From the IMG/VR virus record IMGVR_UViG_3300032224_000591, positions 64,001 through 128,000 of that record: 64,000 nucleotides of DNA, one strand, 5' to 3'. This stretch comes from a virus. A program made the position numbers and the translations under genes. Below, piece by piece: positions 40,857 through 48,095 of this stretch (the stretch's first letter is position 1; each line of letters opens with the position of its first letter). Under the pieces are notes generated by a model. That model was not told where the DNA came from, ran no database searches, and saw only the letters and a program-made list of their open reading frames with translations.

Positions 40857-41228
40857 ATGAAATTTTTTGGTATGAAGGGCAAACGCCCTGCAAAGCCGAT
40901 CGTTACTAAAACGCCGGCTGAAGTGAAGTTGGATATGATCAGGGACATCCTGTTCCCGCCGAGCGAATCCCATATCGATAAAGACGGAAGAAAGTTTCTA
41001 GTCGACTTCTCAGCTGACTTGAATCTTGACTCCGCCTTGTCGGACCTAGAAGATGGTTACAATGACAAGGCTTGTCAGCAGACCATCAAGAAAATCTCTA
41101 ATCGTATTTTCGAGGTCCGAAAGATCCTCGAGGCCCATCAAGAAATCACCGACGCAGAGTACCTGATCGTCGACGACCTTGCGGAGGAAGCTTATGAAAA
41201 AGTTCAGGCGTCAGATAGAGAGCATTGA
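40857..41228 (+). CDS. Hypothetical protein
   Basis: ORF track; coupled. Confidence 0.7.
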   Translation: MKFFGMKGKRPAKPIVTKTPAEVKLDMIRDILFPPSESHIDKDGRKFLVDFSADLNLDSALSDLEDGYNDKACQQTIKKISNRIFEVRKILEAHQEITDAEYLIVDDLAEEAYEKVQASDREH

Positions 41229-41409
41229 CAAGTTCATCGAGTCTCTAGAGGAGATGATCGATGCCCGCGATGATATGTGGCAGGAGGAGAAGTTCTGCAA
41301 CTACAAGCAGGCCGAAAAGATCCGCGTGGCTCGATACGAACCAGCTAGAGCTAGGCTAAAGGAAGCACTCACCGACCACATTGTTGAGGTCGTGGAGGAA
41401 GAGGACTAG
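41194..41409 (+). CDS. Hypothetical protein
   Basis: GGAGG RBS before ATG 41194. Confidence 0.7.
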   Translation: MKKFRRQIESIDKFIESLEEMIDARDDMWQEEKFCNYKQAEKIRVARYEPARARLKEALTDHIVEVVEEED

Positions 41410-41487
41410 CCAGAACCACATCCACCGGCCATGCCCAGAGCGCGTGTGGTGGACGATTGCCGATCGGATGCTGGATTCCATACCCCC

Positions 41488-41522
41488 GGGGACTGTGACA
41501 AAAAAGTCACAGTCCCCTTTTT
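41488..41522 (+). terminator. Hairpin terminator containing the repeated palindrome
   Basis: GGGGACTGTGAC-AAAAAA-GTCACAGTCCCC-TTTTT. Confidence 0.8.
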
Positions 41523-41590
41523 GTTAGCCCCGGGCCGCATTTTCTAGTGTACTCTGCCGCCGGTTGCTATATAATAGGCCTATCAAATGG
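41494..41590 (+). promoter_or_regulatory. Early promoter cassette copy 1
   Basis: TGTGA-N8-TCACA 41494-41511; CGCATTTT; GTGTAC 41547; 17 bp; TATAAT 41570; ggcctatcaaatg. Confidence 0.85.
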
Positions 41591-41613
41591 TAACCAACCA
41601 CTGGAGCTTAGCA

Positions 41614-41799
41614 ATGACCAAGGTTCACCAATTCATCACCCGCTATCCCACCGTCGATGGCTACGAACTCATCTGCTTCGTCGAGGCATACGGCCGGCTT
41701 CTCAGAACCTCTGTTGACCTGCTCCTATCCGAAGGGCTAGAGTCCGACCAGACTGCTCGATTCTATATCGAGTGCATCGGCCGCATGAAGGGTGTGTGA
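41614..41799 (+). CDS. Small early hypothetical protein
   Basis: GGAG RBS after the promoter. Confidence 0.7.
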   Translation: MTKVHQFITRYPTVDGYELICFVEAYGRLLRTSVDLLLSEGLESDQTARFYIECIGRMKGV

Positions 41800-41890
41800 C
41801 AAAAAAGTCACACGGTACGGCAATCGAGTCTGAGGCCGCATTTTGCGGTGTACTTTCCGGCCAGCTGCTGTATAATAGGCCTATCAAATG
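41795..41890 (+). promoter_or_regulatory. Early promoter cassette copy 2
   Basis: TGTGA-N8-TCACA 41795-41812; CGCATTTT; GTGTAC 41848; 17 bp; TATAAT 41871; ggcctatcaaatg. Confidence 0.85.
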
Positions 41891-41921
41891 CAGATTGACT
41901 GCAGACAACTGGAGCTAGACT

Positions 41922-42173
41922 ATGAAGTTCAGCAAGGCTGATTTCGACTACCACGGTGGCTACCTGACCTACGGTGCAGACCGTAAGTTTGTTGCCCGGT
42001 TTAAGTATCGCGGTAGCGTCGGCAAAGCTGCCTTCGTCCGACTCTTGACGAAGTACTACACCGTTGAGGACTACTTTGCTAAGCTTAAGCATAGTGCTCC
42101 TTTCAAGATCCTCATGGATGATGGTTTTGTGACTGTCGATACAGTCAACCATCGTATTCTTGTGGCCAAGTAA
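41922..42173 (+). CDS. Small early hypothetical protein
   Basis: GGAG RBS; F.Y.GGYL.Y...FVARFKY. Confidence 0.8.
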   Translation: MKFSKADFDYHGGYLTYGADRKFVARFKYRGSVGKAAFVRLLTKYYTVEDYFAKLKHSAPFKILMDDGFVTVDTVNHRILVAK

Positions 42174-42176
42174 GGG

Positions 42177-42271
42177 TGTGTCTTTTTTATCACACTGACC
42201 AGCTATCGAGTTTGACATCGCATTTTGTGATGTACATAGCCGGCCAGCGTGATATAATGGTCATATCAAAT
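42177..42271 (+). promoter_or_regulatory. Early promoter cassette copy 3
   Basis: TGTGT-N8-TCACA 42177-42194; CGCATTTT; ATGTAC 42230; 17 bp; TATAAT 42253; tatcaaat. Confidence 0.8.
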
Positions 42272-42293
42272 ACGGAATGACAGGAACTTGACT

Positions 42294-42407
42294 ATGGACT
42301 ACGTGATCTTTGGAATCGTCTTTGTTATCGGCTGCTCGATCGCTTGGGCTGTCGGTGTTCGTCAAGGTGCTGCTTATGCGGCACGTGCTATCATCGAGGG
42401 TATCTAA
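42294..42407 (+). CDS. 37-aa membrane peptide (not in ORF track)
   Basis: MDYVIFGIVFVIGCSIAWAVGVRQGAAYAARAIIEGI*; AGGA RBS. Confidence 0.65.
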   Translation: MDYVIFGIVFVIGCSIAWAVGVRQGAAYAARAIIEGI

Positions 42408-42505
42408 TGTCTAGCTATGAAACGTTCCTTGTGTTCTCGCCCCTTCTTGCTCTTGTTGCGGTCATGCTGATTGGCCTCATCGCGGTTGACTATATCGGAG
42501 AATGA
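42407..42505 (+). CDS. 32-aa membrane peptide (not in ORF track)
   Basis: MSSYETFLVFSPLLALVAVMLIGLIAVDYIGE*; TAATG and ATGA coupling. Confidence 0.6.
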   Translation: MSSYETFLVFSPLLALVAVMLIGLIAVDYIGE

Positions 42506-42837
42506 TCATGCGCCGTTCGACTCAGTATCGTGCCACCGTCACGACTCTCAATGATCCGCTTGTCGGGATCCTTAAACACCTTACTAAGGTGCTGAATCAT
42601 CGGCAGAAGATGCTCGAGCTTGACGGCAAGGGCAAGGTTAAGGACTACTTTGGTGATACCTATGTGACTCGCTATCGGATGATCCCCCGTGGTCGTCTCG
42701 GCAAGCACAATGTCCATGCACCTCTCTACGCGGTTGATGGACCACTCCATCGTGATGCTGCCCAGACCATTCGGCCTGAGCATGCAAGTCGATTTGATCT
42801 GTACGTGTCTGCCTACTCACAGAAGGTGAAGTCATAA
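42502..42837 (+). CDS. Early hypothetical protein
   Basis: RGRLGK.N...Y...A.RFDLY. Confidence 0.75.
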   Translation: MIMRRSTQYRATVTTLNDPLVGILKHLTKVLNHRQKMLELDGKGKVKDYFGDTYVTRYRMIPRGRLGKHNVHAPLYAVDGPLHRDAAQTIRPEHASRFDLYVSAYSQKVKS

Positions 42838-43004
42838 TGGATGCTTTGATCGAAGAACTCCTCACCCGTGTCCAGCGCTCGTATGAGCTGCTCGAGGCTT
42901 ATGAAGCTCAAGGTGCTGCTCTATCTGATCGTGAGATAGGCTATGCCCAAGGTATCCGCGAGGAGATCGGCTTCTTAGAGCGTATGCTAGAGCGTTTCGT
43001 ATAA
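42837..43004 (+). CDS. 55-aa hypothetical protein (not in ORF track)
   Basis: MDALIEELLTRVQRS...LERFV*; TAATG coupling. Confidence 0.65.
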   Translation: MDALIEELLTRVQRSYELLEAYEAQGAALSDREIGYAQGIREEIGFLERMLERFV

Positions 43005-43034
43005 GTGTACAAGCGTCCGTGAATGTGGTATAAT
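43005..43034 (+). promoter_or_regulatory. Early promoter
   Basis: GTGTACA...TGTGGTATAAT. Confidence 0.8.
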
Positions 43035-43056
43035 ATTCCTACAGTGGAGATTGACT

Positions 43057-43248
43057 ATGAGCATCAACGAAGCCCTTGACTATGCCGAACGTTTCGACCT
43101 CATGATCATGCGCTCTGAGGCTGAGGGTTGGACTCCGTCTGACTTTCGCTCTGAGTTGCTGATTCTCAATCGTGAATTCCTTGAGGAGGCCGAACGTATC
43201 GATCGAATGTTCGAAGCCGAGCACCGCTATCAGCAGGCGACTGCCTAA
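43057..43248 (+). CDS. Early hypothetical protein
   Basis: GGAG RBS. Confidence 0.7.
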   Translation: MSINEALDYAERFDLMIMRSEAEGWTPSDFRSELLILNREFLEEAERIDRMFEAEHRYQQATA

Positions 43249-43610
43249 TGACGATGCATCTGCTGCCGGCGTTCGTCACCTCGACGAACATGAACCAGAG
43301 AAAGGTCAAGCCTAAACAGCTTGACCAGCATGACGTATGGCTGCTGAAGCGCGGGCTTCATCCAGAGCAGATCCGACTTAAGAAGATTGGTGATCCTAAC
43401 TGGAAGCAGGCATACACAGAGTCTTTGCGTACCGACCGATCTAGTTATCATTCGGCAGGCATGGGTTCTGGCAAAACATCTAAAGCTGCACCCAAGGTGT
43501 ATTCCGGCGAGCGCAAGCTTCTCGGCATCGCCACGATGCATAAGTCTAATATGGTACCTGTTTTTGCTAAGCAGGATGCCGAGGATATTGCTAGGATGAG
43601 GAGAGGCTGA
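43248..43610 (+). CDS. Hypothetical protein of a type seen in T4-like phages
   Basis: C-terminal Y.G..LLGIATMHKSN.VPVF...A..IA.MRR. Confidence 0.8.
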   Translation: MTMHLLPAFVTSTNMNQRKVKPKQLDQHDVWLLKRGLHPEQIRLKKIGDPNWKQAYTESLRTDRSSYHSAGMGSGKTSKAAPKVYSGERKLLGIATMHKSNMVPVFAKQDAEDIARMRRG

Positions 43611-43783
43611 TGGATAGTGTTATGATACAGGCTCGGGATACGACAGGCAACTGGCGTACCTATCTGATCGTCATGAACGATCCTCAGCGAATTTTGAGTG
43701 AGATGCGTTCGTTGCAGTCTCGCTACCCGAGCTATCGCATTCGTGCGGTGGATGGGCATGATCGAGTGATTGACATGCTCTAA
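43610..43783 (+). CDS. 57-aa hypothetical protein (not in ORF track)
   Basis: MDSVMIQARDTTGNWRTY...RIRAVD...VIDML*; TGATG coupling. Confidence 0.7.
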   Translation: MDSVMIQARDTTGNWRTYLIVMNDPQRILSEMRSLQSRYPSYRIRAVDGHDRVIDML

Positions 43784-43867
43784 AAATAGTGATGTACAAT
43801 GCCTGAAAAACAGTGTACTATATACAAGATGACAAATTGTCGTCTACTCAACATGGAGATAGTGACT

Positions 43868-44116
43868 ATGACGAATAAGACCGCAGCTCTTGTCGAAGCC
43901 TTTAAGTCCGGCAAGGAGCTCACCGCTGATCAGATCGCCTCTAAGTATGGCCTCGTCAACCCGACCGCTTCGGTCACTGCGTTGCGCAAGGCAGGCTATC
44001 CGATCTATCTGAATACTCGCAAGGGTGTTTCCAAGTATCGCCTTGGTACTCCTACGCGTAAGATGATCGCCGCTGGTTATGCTGCGCTTGGCGCACAGGC
44101 CGCTGGCCTCGTCTGA
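43868..44116 (+). CDS. Winged-helix DNA-binding protein
   Basis: GKELTADQIASKYGL.NP.A.V..LRK.GYPIY; own promoter (ATGTACA 43792 / TACTAT 43816). Confidence 0.7.
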   Translation: MTNKTAALVEAFKSGKELTADQIASKYGLVNPTASVTALRKAGYPIYLNTRKGVSKYRLGTPTRKMIAAGYAALGAQAAGLV

Positions 44117-44126
44117 AAATAATTTC

Positions 44127-44156
44127 GCTGGAGCGGGTTTATTGCTCGCTCCAGTG
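44127..44156 (+). terminator. Hairpin, probable terminator
   Basis: GCTGGAGCGGG-tttattg-CTCGCTCCAGT; no T-run. Confidence 0.55.
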
Positions 44157-44164
44157 CATAAATA

Positions 44165-44564
44165 GGTCGCTGTTTGAAATTGTTAATGGACGCTTCGGCG
44201 TCCACTTTAGTCTGCGCCACTTGTTGTCGCATTCTAATGTGGACTTGAAGTGTCTCTTCATGGATATACAGAGCGACGCAAGATACCTTAGTGGTTGTCG
44301 GCATAACATGCGATCTTGGTAGTGTTATGTACTGTAGGCATACAGGCTGTATATCTTTGTAGAGACAACTTATTAGGTGTGGTGTTATGGAAAACTCCAG
44401 TGTTCCTGGATAGCGCACAGTCAATGGGTCCACTGTCTGCAGGCACGGCCAATACTGAGTTGTAACTGAAAATTGGGGTTGCTCCCATGCATAAGGTTAC
44501 AGAGTAAAGCGAACGGTATGGCGGTCTATCCATATCCATAACATGACATCACTCCTAATAGGTT
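44165..44564 (+). ncRNA. Candidate large structured ncRNA (one or two RNAs), unclassified
   Basis: No credible ORF; many long complementary segments (see findings); CATAAATA box at 44157. Confidence 0.55.
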
Positions 44565-44566
44565 AA

Positions 44567-44641
44567 TGGCGCATAGCTCAGTGGTAGAGCACTGTCCTGA
44601 TAAGACAGGGGTCGATGGATCGTAACCATCTGTGCCAACCA
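44567..44641 (+). tRNA. tRNA-Ile(GAU)
   Basis: Cloverleaf, ctgtc-ctGATaa-gacag, CCA; atypical T-loop ATCGTAA. Confidence 0.9.
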
Positions 44642-44791
44642 GAGTGTGGTTGCTGGTGACTCGTTGTGGAACCAGCAAACTTATCAATAGTAGTGGTTCG
44701 AAACGCTGCTATCTGAGAATACACCGGTGCGCTACGTACTCGGCGAAACACCAAAAGGGTGGGGTAAGAGCCCCAATGAGTATGGAAATTC

Positions 44792-44867
44792 GGACCGTTA
44801 GCTCAGCTGGTAGAGCAGGAGACTCTTAATCTCTTTGTCGTAGGTTCGATCCCTACACGGTTCACCA
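44792..44867 (+). tRNA. tRNA-Lys(CUU)
   Basis: ggaga-ctCTTaa-tctct, TTCGA, CCA. Confidence 0.95.
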
Positions 44868-44877
44868 AATAGAATAT

Positions 44878-44953
44878 GGGGACATAGCTCAGTTGGGAGA
44901 GCGTCTGATTTGCATTCAGAAGGTCTGCGGTTCGATCCCGCATGTCTCCACCA
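44878..44953 (+). tRNA. tRNA-Ala(UGC)
   Basis: tctga-ttTGCat-tcaga; G3:U70; CCA. Confidence 0.95.
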
Positions 44954-45179
44954 AGTTCAGGACTAACAGAGGAAGCAAATGGTTACCCTCTGTGAATGAC
45001 AATAAGATGCTGGGAAACCCGATAAATCCAACCATGGAGTGCATCTAGTCAAGATTCTGAAACAGTGTGTGGTTACTGGTGACACTCCTAAGCTGTAGGA
45101 ACCTTACTAACTATAGAGTCGCGTACGGGATGGTGTGGCTTGGCGAGGCCTGTGTACACAACATCATCCCAACTAATTC

Positions 45180-45255
<76 letters not shown>

Positions 45256-45357
45256 AAGGCAAATAGCATCAGGTTCCAACCTGATCCAAGGGATTCGCGA
45301 GTCCCTGCTCAACGGTTGTCAGTGACGATGGGTGCTATCGGAACTGTCAAAGTTTAT

Positions 45358-45432
45358 CGCGGAGTGGAGAAGCAGAATCTCGTTTGGCTCATACCCAAAA
45401 GATCGTCGGTGCAATTCCGACCTCCGCAACCA
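45358..45432 (+). tRNA. tRNA-Met(CAU), initiator-like
   Basis: C1xA72 mismatch, ctCATac loop, CCA. Confidence 0.88.
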
Positions 45433-45454
45433 ATATAGAAGACAGGAGATTGAT

Positions 45455-45754
45455 ATGCTTAAAGTTGTAGTAGTAGCTACGGTGAGTGCAATTGCACTTG
45501 CTGGTTGTACAGCACGAGAGCAACAGCTGCTTGCAGCGGGCGCCGTAGGTGCAGTTGCTGGTGCGGTTGTTGCTAGCGAGGTGTCTCAGCCTCGTCCATA
45601 CTATGTGCAGGAACGCCCATATTATGTACAGCCCCGTCCTGCATATTATGAAGAGCGTCGCCCAATCTATGTGCAACCTCATCGTCGTCCTCAATGTTTC
45701 TCCACATGGGAAAACACCCATCGTGGTATGGTAGAACGTCGCGTCTGCCGTTAA
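45455..45754 (+). CDS. Lipoprotein with glycine zipper and Pro/Tyr-rich repeats
   Basis: Lipobox LAGC, GAVGAVAGAVV, RPYYVQ repeats; AGGAG RBS. Confidence 0.8.
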   Translation: MLKVVVVATVSAIALAGCTAREQQLLAAGAVGAVAGAVVASEVSQPRPYYVQERPYYVQPRPAYYEERRPIYVQPHRRPQCFSTWENTHRGMVERRVCR

Positions 45755-45761
45755 GGTTTGA

Positions 45762-45837
45762 TTCCCGATAGCTCAGCTGGTAGAGCGTCTGACTGTTAAT
45801 CAGAATGTCCGTGGTTCGAGCCCACGTCGGGGAGCCA
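45762..45837 (+). tRNA. tRNA-Asn(GUU)
   Basis: tctga-ctGTTaa-tcaga, GCCA. Confidence 0.95.
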
Positions 45838-46008
45838 ATTCGTAGGGGTTGAGATCCTACAAATCACCACCTGTTCCGGGTTCAAGCGGTCATGGTGGAT
45901 ATAGGCTAGGGCTGCCTGAAGTGTCCCTGTTTCTTGGACCGTCTTCATCTCGGAACCTACTCCGCGTAAAGGGAGAATGCTGGATGGCAGTAACCAGCGG
46001 CGAAATTT

Positions 46009-46083
46009 GATCCCATCGATTATCGGTTAAGTCACCTGCCTGTCACGCAGGAGTGAGGGGTTCGATTCCCCTTGGGATCGCCA
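46009..46083 (+). tRNA. tRNA-Asp(GUC)
   Basis: cctgc-ctGTCac-gcagg, GCCA. Confidence 0.93.
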
Positions 46084-46242
46084 TCTTTGTGGTAAGGAAA
46101 GCCTATGGAATACCACTCGCTGCAGCAGCGTGTATGATAGGATCGGAGTAATTGACCGATAAAAGGAGAATGGGCAAGTCAAAGGCCTTGAAACCAATGA
46201 CCAGATACCTCACCTGCCATAATTTAATATAGAGGATAGTAG

Positions 46243-47190
46243 ATGAAACCTATTGCAGTATTTTGTAAAGATCCTGAACTATCTGTCTATTGGACTCTTA
46301 CAGATTTCTGTAATTTTAGTTGTAACTACTGTCCAGCTTTTCTTCATAGTGGCGAATATCATAAAGGTATATCCAAGGGTTTTCCAACAGATGAACAGAT
46401 AATTTCTTTTGTTGATAAATTAGAAGAGTTGTCTAAAACTAGAAAGCTTGAGGTTACACTAAGCGGTGGAGAGCCTACTCTTCATCCTATGTTACCCTAT
46501 ATCATAGATAGACTACGGGGCAAATGCATATTATGCATAACATCTAATGGTTCAAGAGGAAATAACTTTTGGAACACAATTCTTCCTGTGTCTACTGTTC
46601 AATTATCTCTTCATCCAGAGTTTACAAAAGCTAATAAAATCAATAGTCTCTCTAGAGTTATTATTGATAGTGGCACTGTTCTGAGATATAATTTATCATG
46701 TGATCCCAATAACTGGGAAAAAGTATTAGCTCTATATGATTCTATAGATGATGAGTTTAAACCTTTTATTACCCCAAGAGTTCTACAACATTGGGGTACT
46801 CAATCTGATGTAAAGCGTATATCTCTAACATATAGTCAAGAGCAATCTGCTTGGATTAAAGAGACGTTATTTAAGCATAGGCCATTGAATCCAGTAAACA
46901 AGTCTGATTATAAGATGTTTTTCTCTGATGGTTCATCTATATCAGCCCATAAAATGGGTGTTATAATAGTGAATGAATGGAATGATTTCAAAGGATGGAA
47001 ATGTTATGCTGGGTCACAATCTATCAATGCAACCTATTCAGGTGATGTGTTTGCTGGAGTGTGTGGATCAAAATTTCTAGGTAAGATTGATAATTTCGAA
47101 TTATTCAATGATCACATTATTTGTGAGAGACACCGATGTGTCTGTCTACCAGATATTAGAGCTAACAAACAATTAATCATTCCGGAATAG
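46243..47190 (+). CDS. Radical SAM protein with C-terminal Cys-rich (SPASM/twitch-like) region
   Basis: CNFSCNYC, SGGEP, TSNG, C.AG...C...C....C.C. Confidence 0.9.
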   Translation: MKPIAVFCKDPELSVYWTLTDFCNFSCNYCPAFLHSGEYHKGISKGFPTDEQIISFVDKLEELSKTRKLEVTLSGGEPTLHPMLPYIIDRLRGKCILCITSNGSRGNNFWNTILPVSTVQLSLHPEFTKANKINSLSRVIIDSGTVLRYNLSCDPNNWEKVLALYDSIDDEFKPFITPRVLQHWGTQSDVKRISLTYSQEQSAWIKETLFKHRPLNPVNKSDYKMFFSDGSSISAHKMGVIIVNEWNDFKGWKCYAGSQSINATYSGDVFAGVCGSKFLGKIDNFELFNDHIICERHRCVCLPDIRANKQLIIPE

Positions 47191-47256
47191 TTCAGCTGGT
47201 AGAACATCAGACTCTGAATCTGAGTGTCGGTGGTTCGAGTCCATCTTCCGGATCCA
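47181..47256 (+). tRNA. tRNA-Gln(CUG)
   Basis: tcaga-ctCTGaa-tctga, CCA. Confidence 0.95.
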
Positions 47257-47260
47257 ATAT

Positions 47261-47351
47261 GCGTGGGCTGCAGAGACGGTGGTTCTGCGACGGACTGTAA
47301 ATCCGTTCCCTAAGGGTAACATTGTAGGTTCGAATCCTTCCCCACGCACCA
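47261..47351 (+). tRNA. tRNA-Tyr(GUA)
   Basis: acgga-ctGTAaa-tccgt, long variable arm, CCA. Confidence 0.88.
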
Positions 47352-47484
47352 CTACAGGCTAGTTTTATGGTTCTCGAGATAAATAAAGCTAGGATTGTCA
47401 TCGGACCGTGCCCTACTGTGCGGCTGCCGATGTAAAAGAAGCCGCGTGGCGAGTCAGGAGCCAGTTAACGGTGGGATAGTTTAA

Positions 47485-47559
47485 GTTGCCTGGGCTAGAC
47501 GGTAAGGCGCGGGTCTGCAAAACCTTGAGAATCCGGTTCGACTCCGGAAGGTAACTCCA
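47485..47559 (+). tRNA. tRNA-Cys(GCA)
   Basis: ctGCAaa loop, U73-CCA. Confidence 0.9.
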
Positions 47560-47576
47560 AACAAAAGGAATATAAT

Positions 47577-47690
47577 ATGCAAACAGAACATGGTGATTTT
47601 GTTTATAGGCTTTGTGGTTGGATGTATGTCTACATGAAACGTGTTGGTGAAGCATATCACTATTACATTTCACACTCAAAGCTTCACTAA
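47577..47690 (+). CDS. 37-aa hypothetical peptide
   Basis: AAGGA RBS; MQTEHGDFVYRLCGW...SKLH*. Confidence 0.45.
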   Translation: MQTEHGDFVYRLCGWMYVYMKRVGEAYHYYISHSKLH

Positions 47691-47693
47691 TAC

Positions 47694-47771
47694 GTTTCGG
47701 TAGCTCAACTGGATGAGAGCATCGCGCTACGAACGCGAAGGTTGGGGGTTCGAATCCCTCTCGGAACACCA
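47694..47771 (+). tRNA. tRNA-Arg(ACG)
   Basis: tcgcg-ctACGaa-cgcga, CCA. Confidence 0.95.
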
Positions 47772-47775
47772 ATTC

Positions 47776-47850
47776 GCCGATGTAGCTCAGCGGTAGAGCA
47801 CTCGCTTCATACGCGAAGGGTCGTAGGTTCAAGTCCTACTTTCGGCACCA
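47776..47850 (+). tRNA. tRNA-Met/Ile2(CAU), elongator type
   Basis: ttCATac loop, G1-C72, CCA. Confidence 0.9.
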
Positions 47851-47855
47851 ATAAT

Positions 47856-47932
47856 CGGAGATTAGCGCAGTCTGGTAGCGTGGCTGGTTTGGAACCAGTA
47901 GGTCGCAGGTTCGAACCCTGCATCTCCGACCA
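47856..47932 (+). tRNA. tRNA-Pro(UGG)
   Basis: gctgg-ttTGGaa-ccagt, CCA. Confidence 0.95.
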
Positions 47933-47938
47933 CCTCTT

Positions 47939-48013
47939 GCGGAGGTAGCTCAGTGGTAGAGCTTCTGCTTGCCAAGCAGACGGTCGTGGGTTCGATCCCC
48001 ATTCTCCGCTCCA
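47939..48013 (+). tRNA. tRNA-Gly(GCC)
   Basis: tctgc-ttGCCaa-gcaga, TCCA. Confidence 0.95.
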
Positions 48014-48018
48014 TTAAT

Positions 48019-48095
48019 GCCCTCGTAGTCCAACTGGCAGAGGCGCCGGTCTTAGAAACCGGATGTTGTAAGTTCGAATCTTACCGGGGGCACCA
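48019..48095 (+). tRNA. tRNA-Leu(UAG), short variable loop
   Basis: ccggt-ctTAGaa-accgg, ACCA. Confidence 0.9.

Noticed and set aside
8444-40973. Many short alternative-frame and antisense ORFs inside core genes (e.g. 39132-39728 minus)
   Set aside because: Shadows of well-supported genes, with no motifs or RBS
41494-42194. Canonical CRP/FNR site or CRISPR repeat
   Set aside because: Half-site spacing is 8, not 6; only three copies 300-380 bp apart separated by genes, and no cas genes
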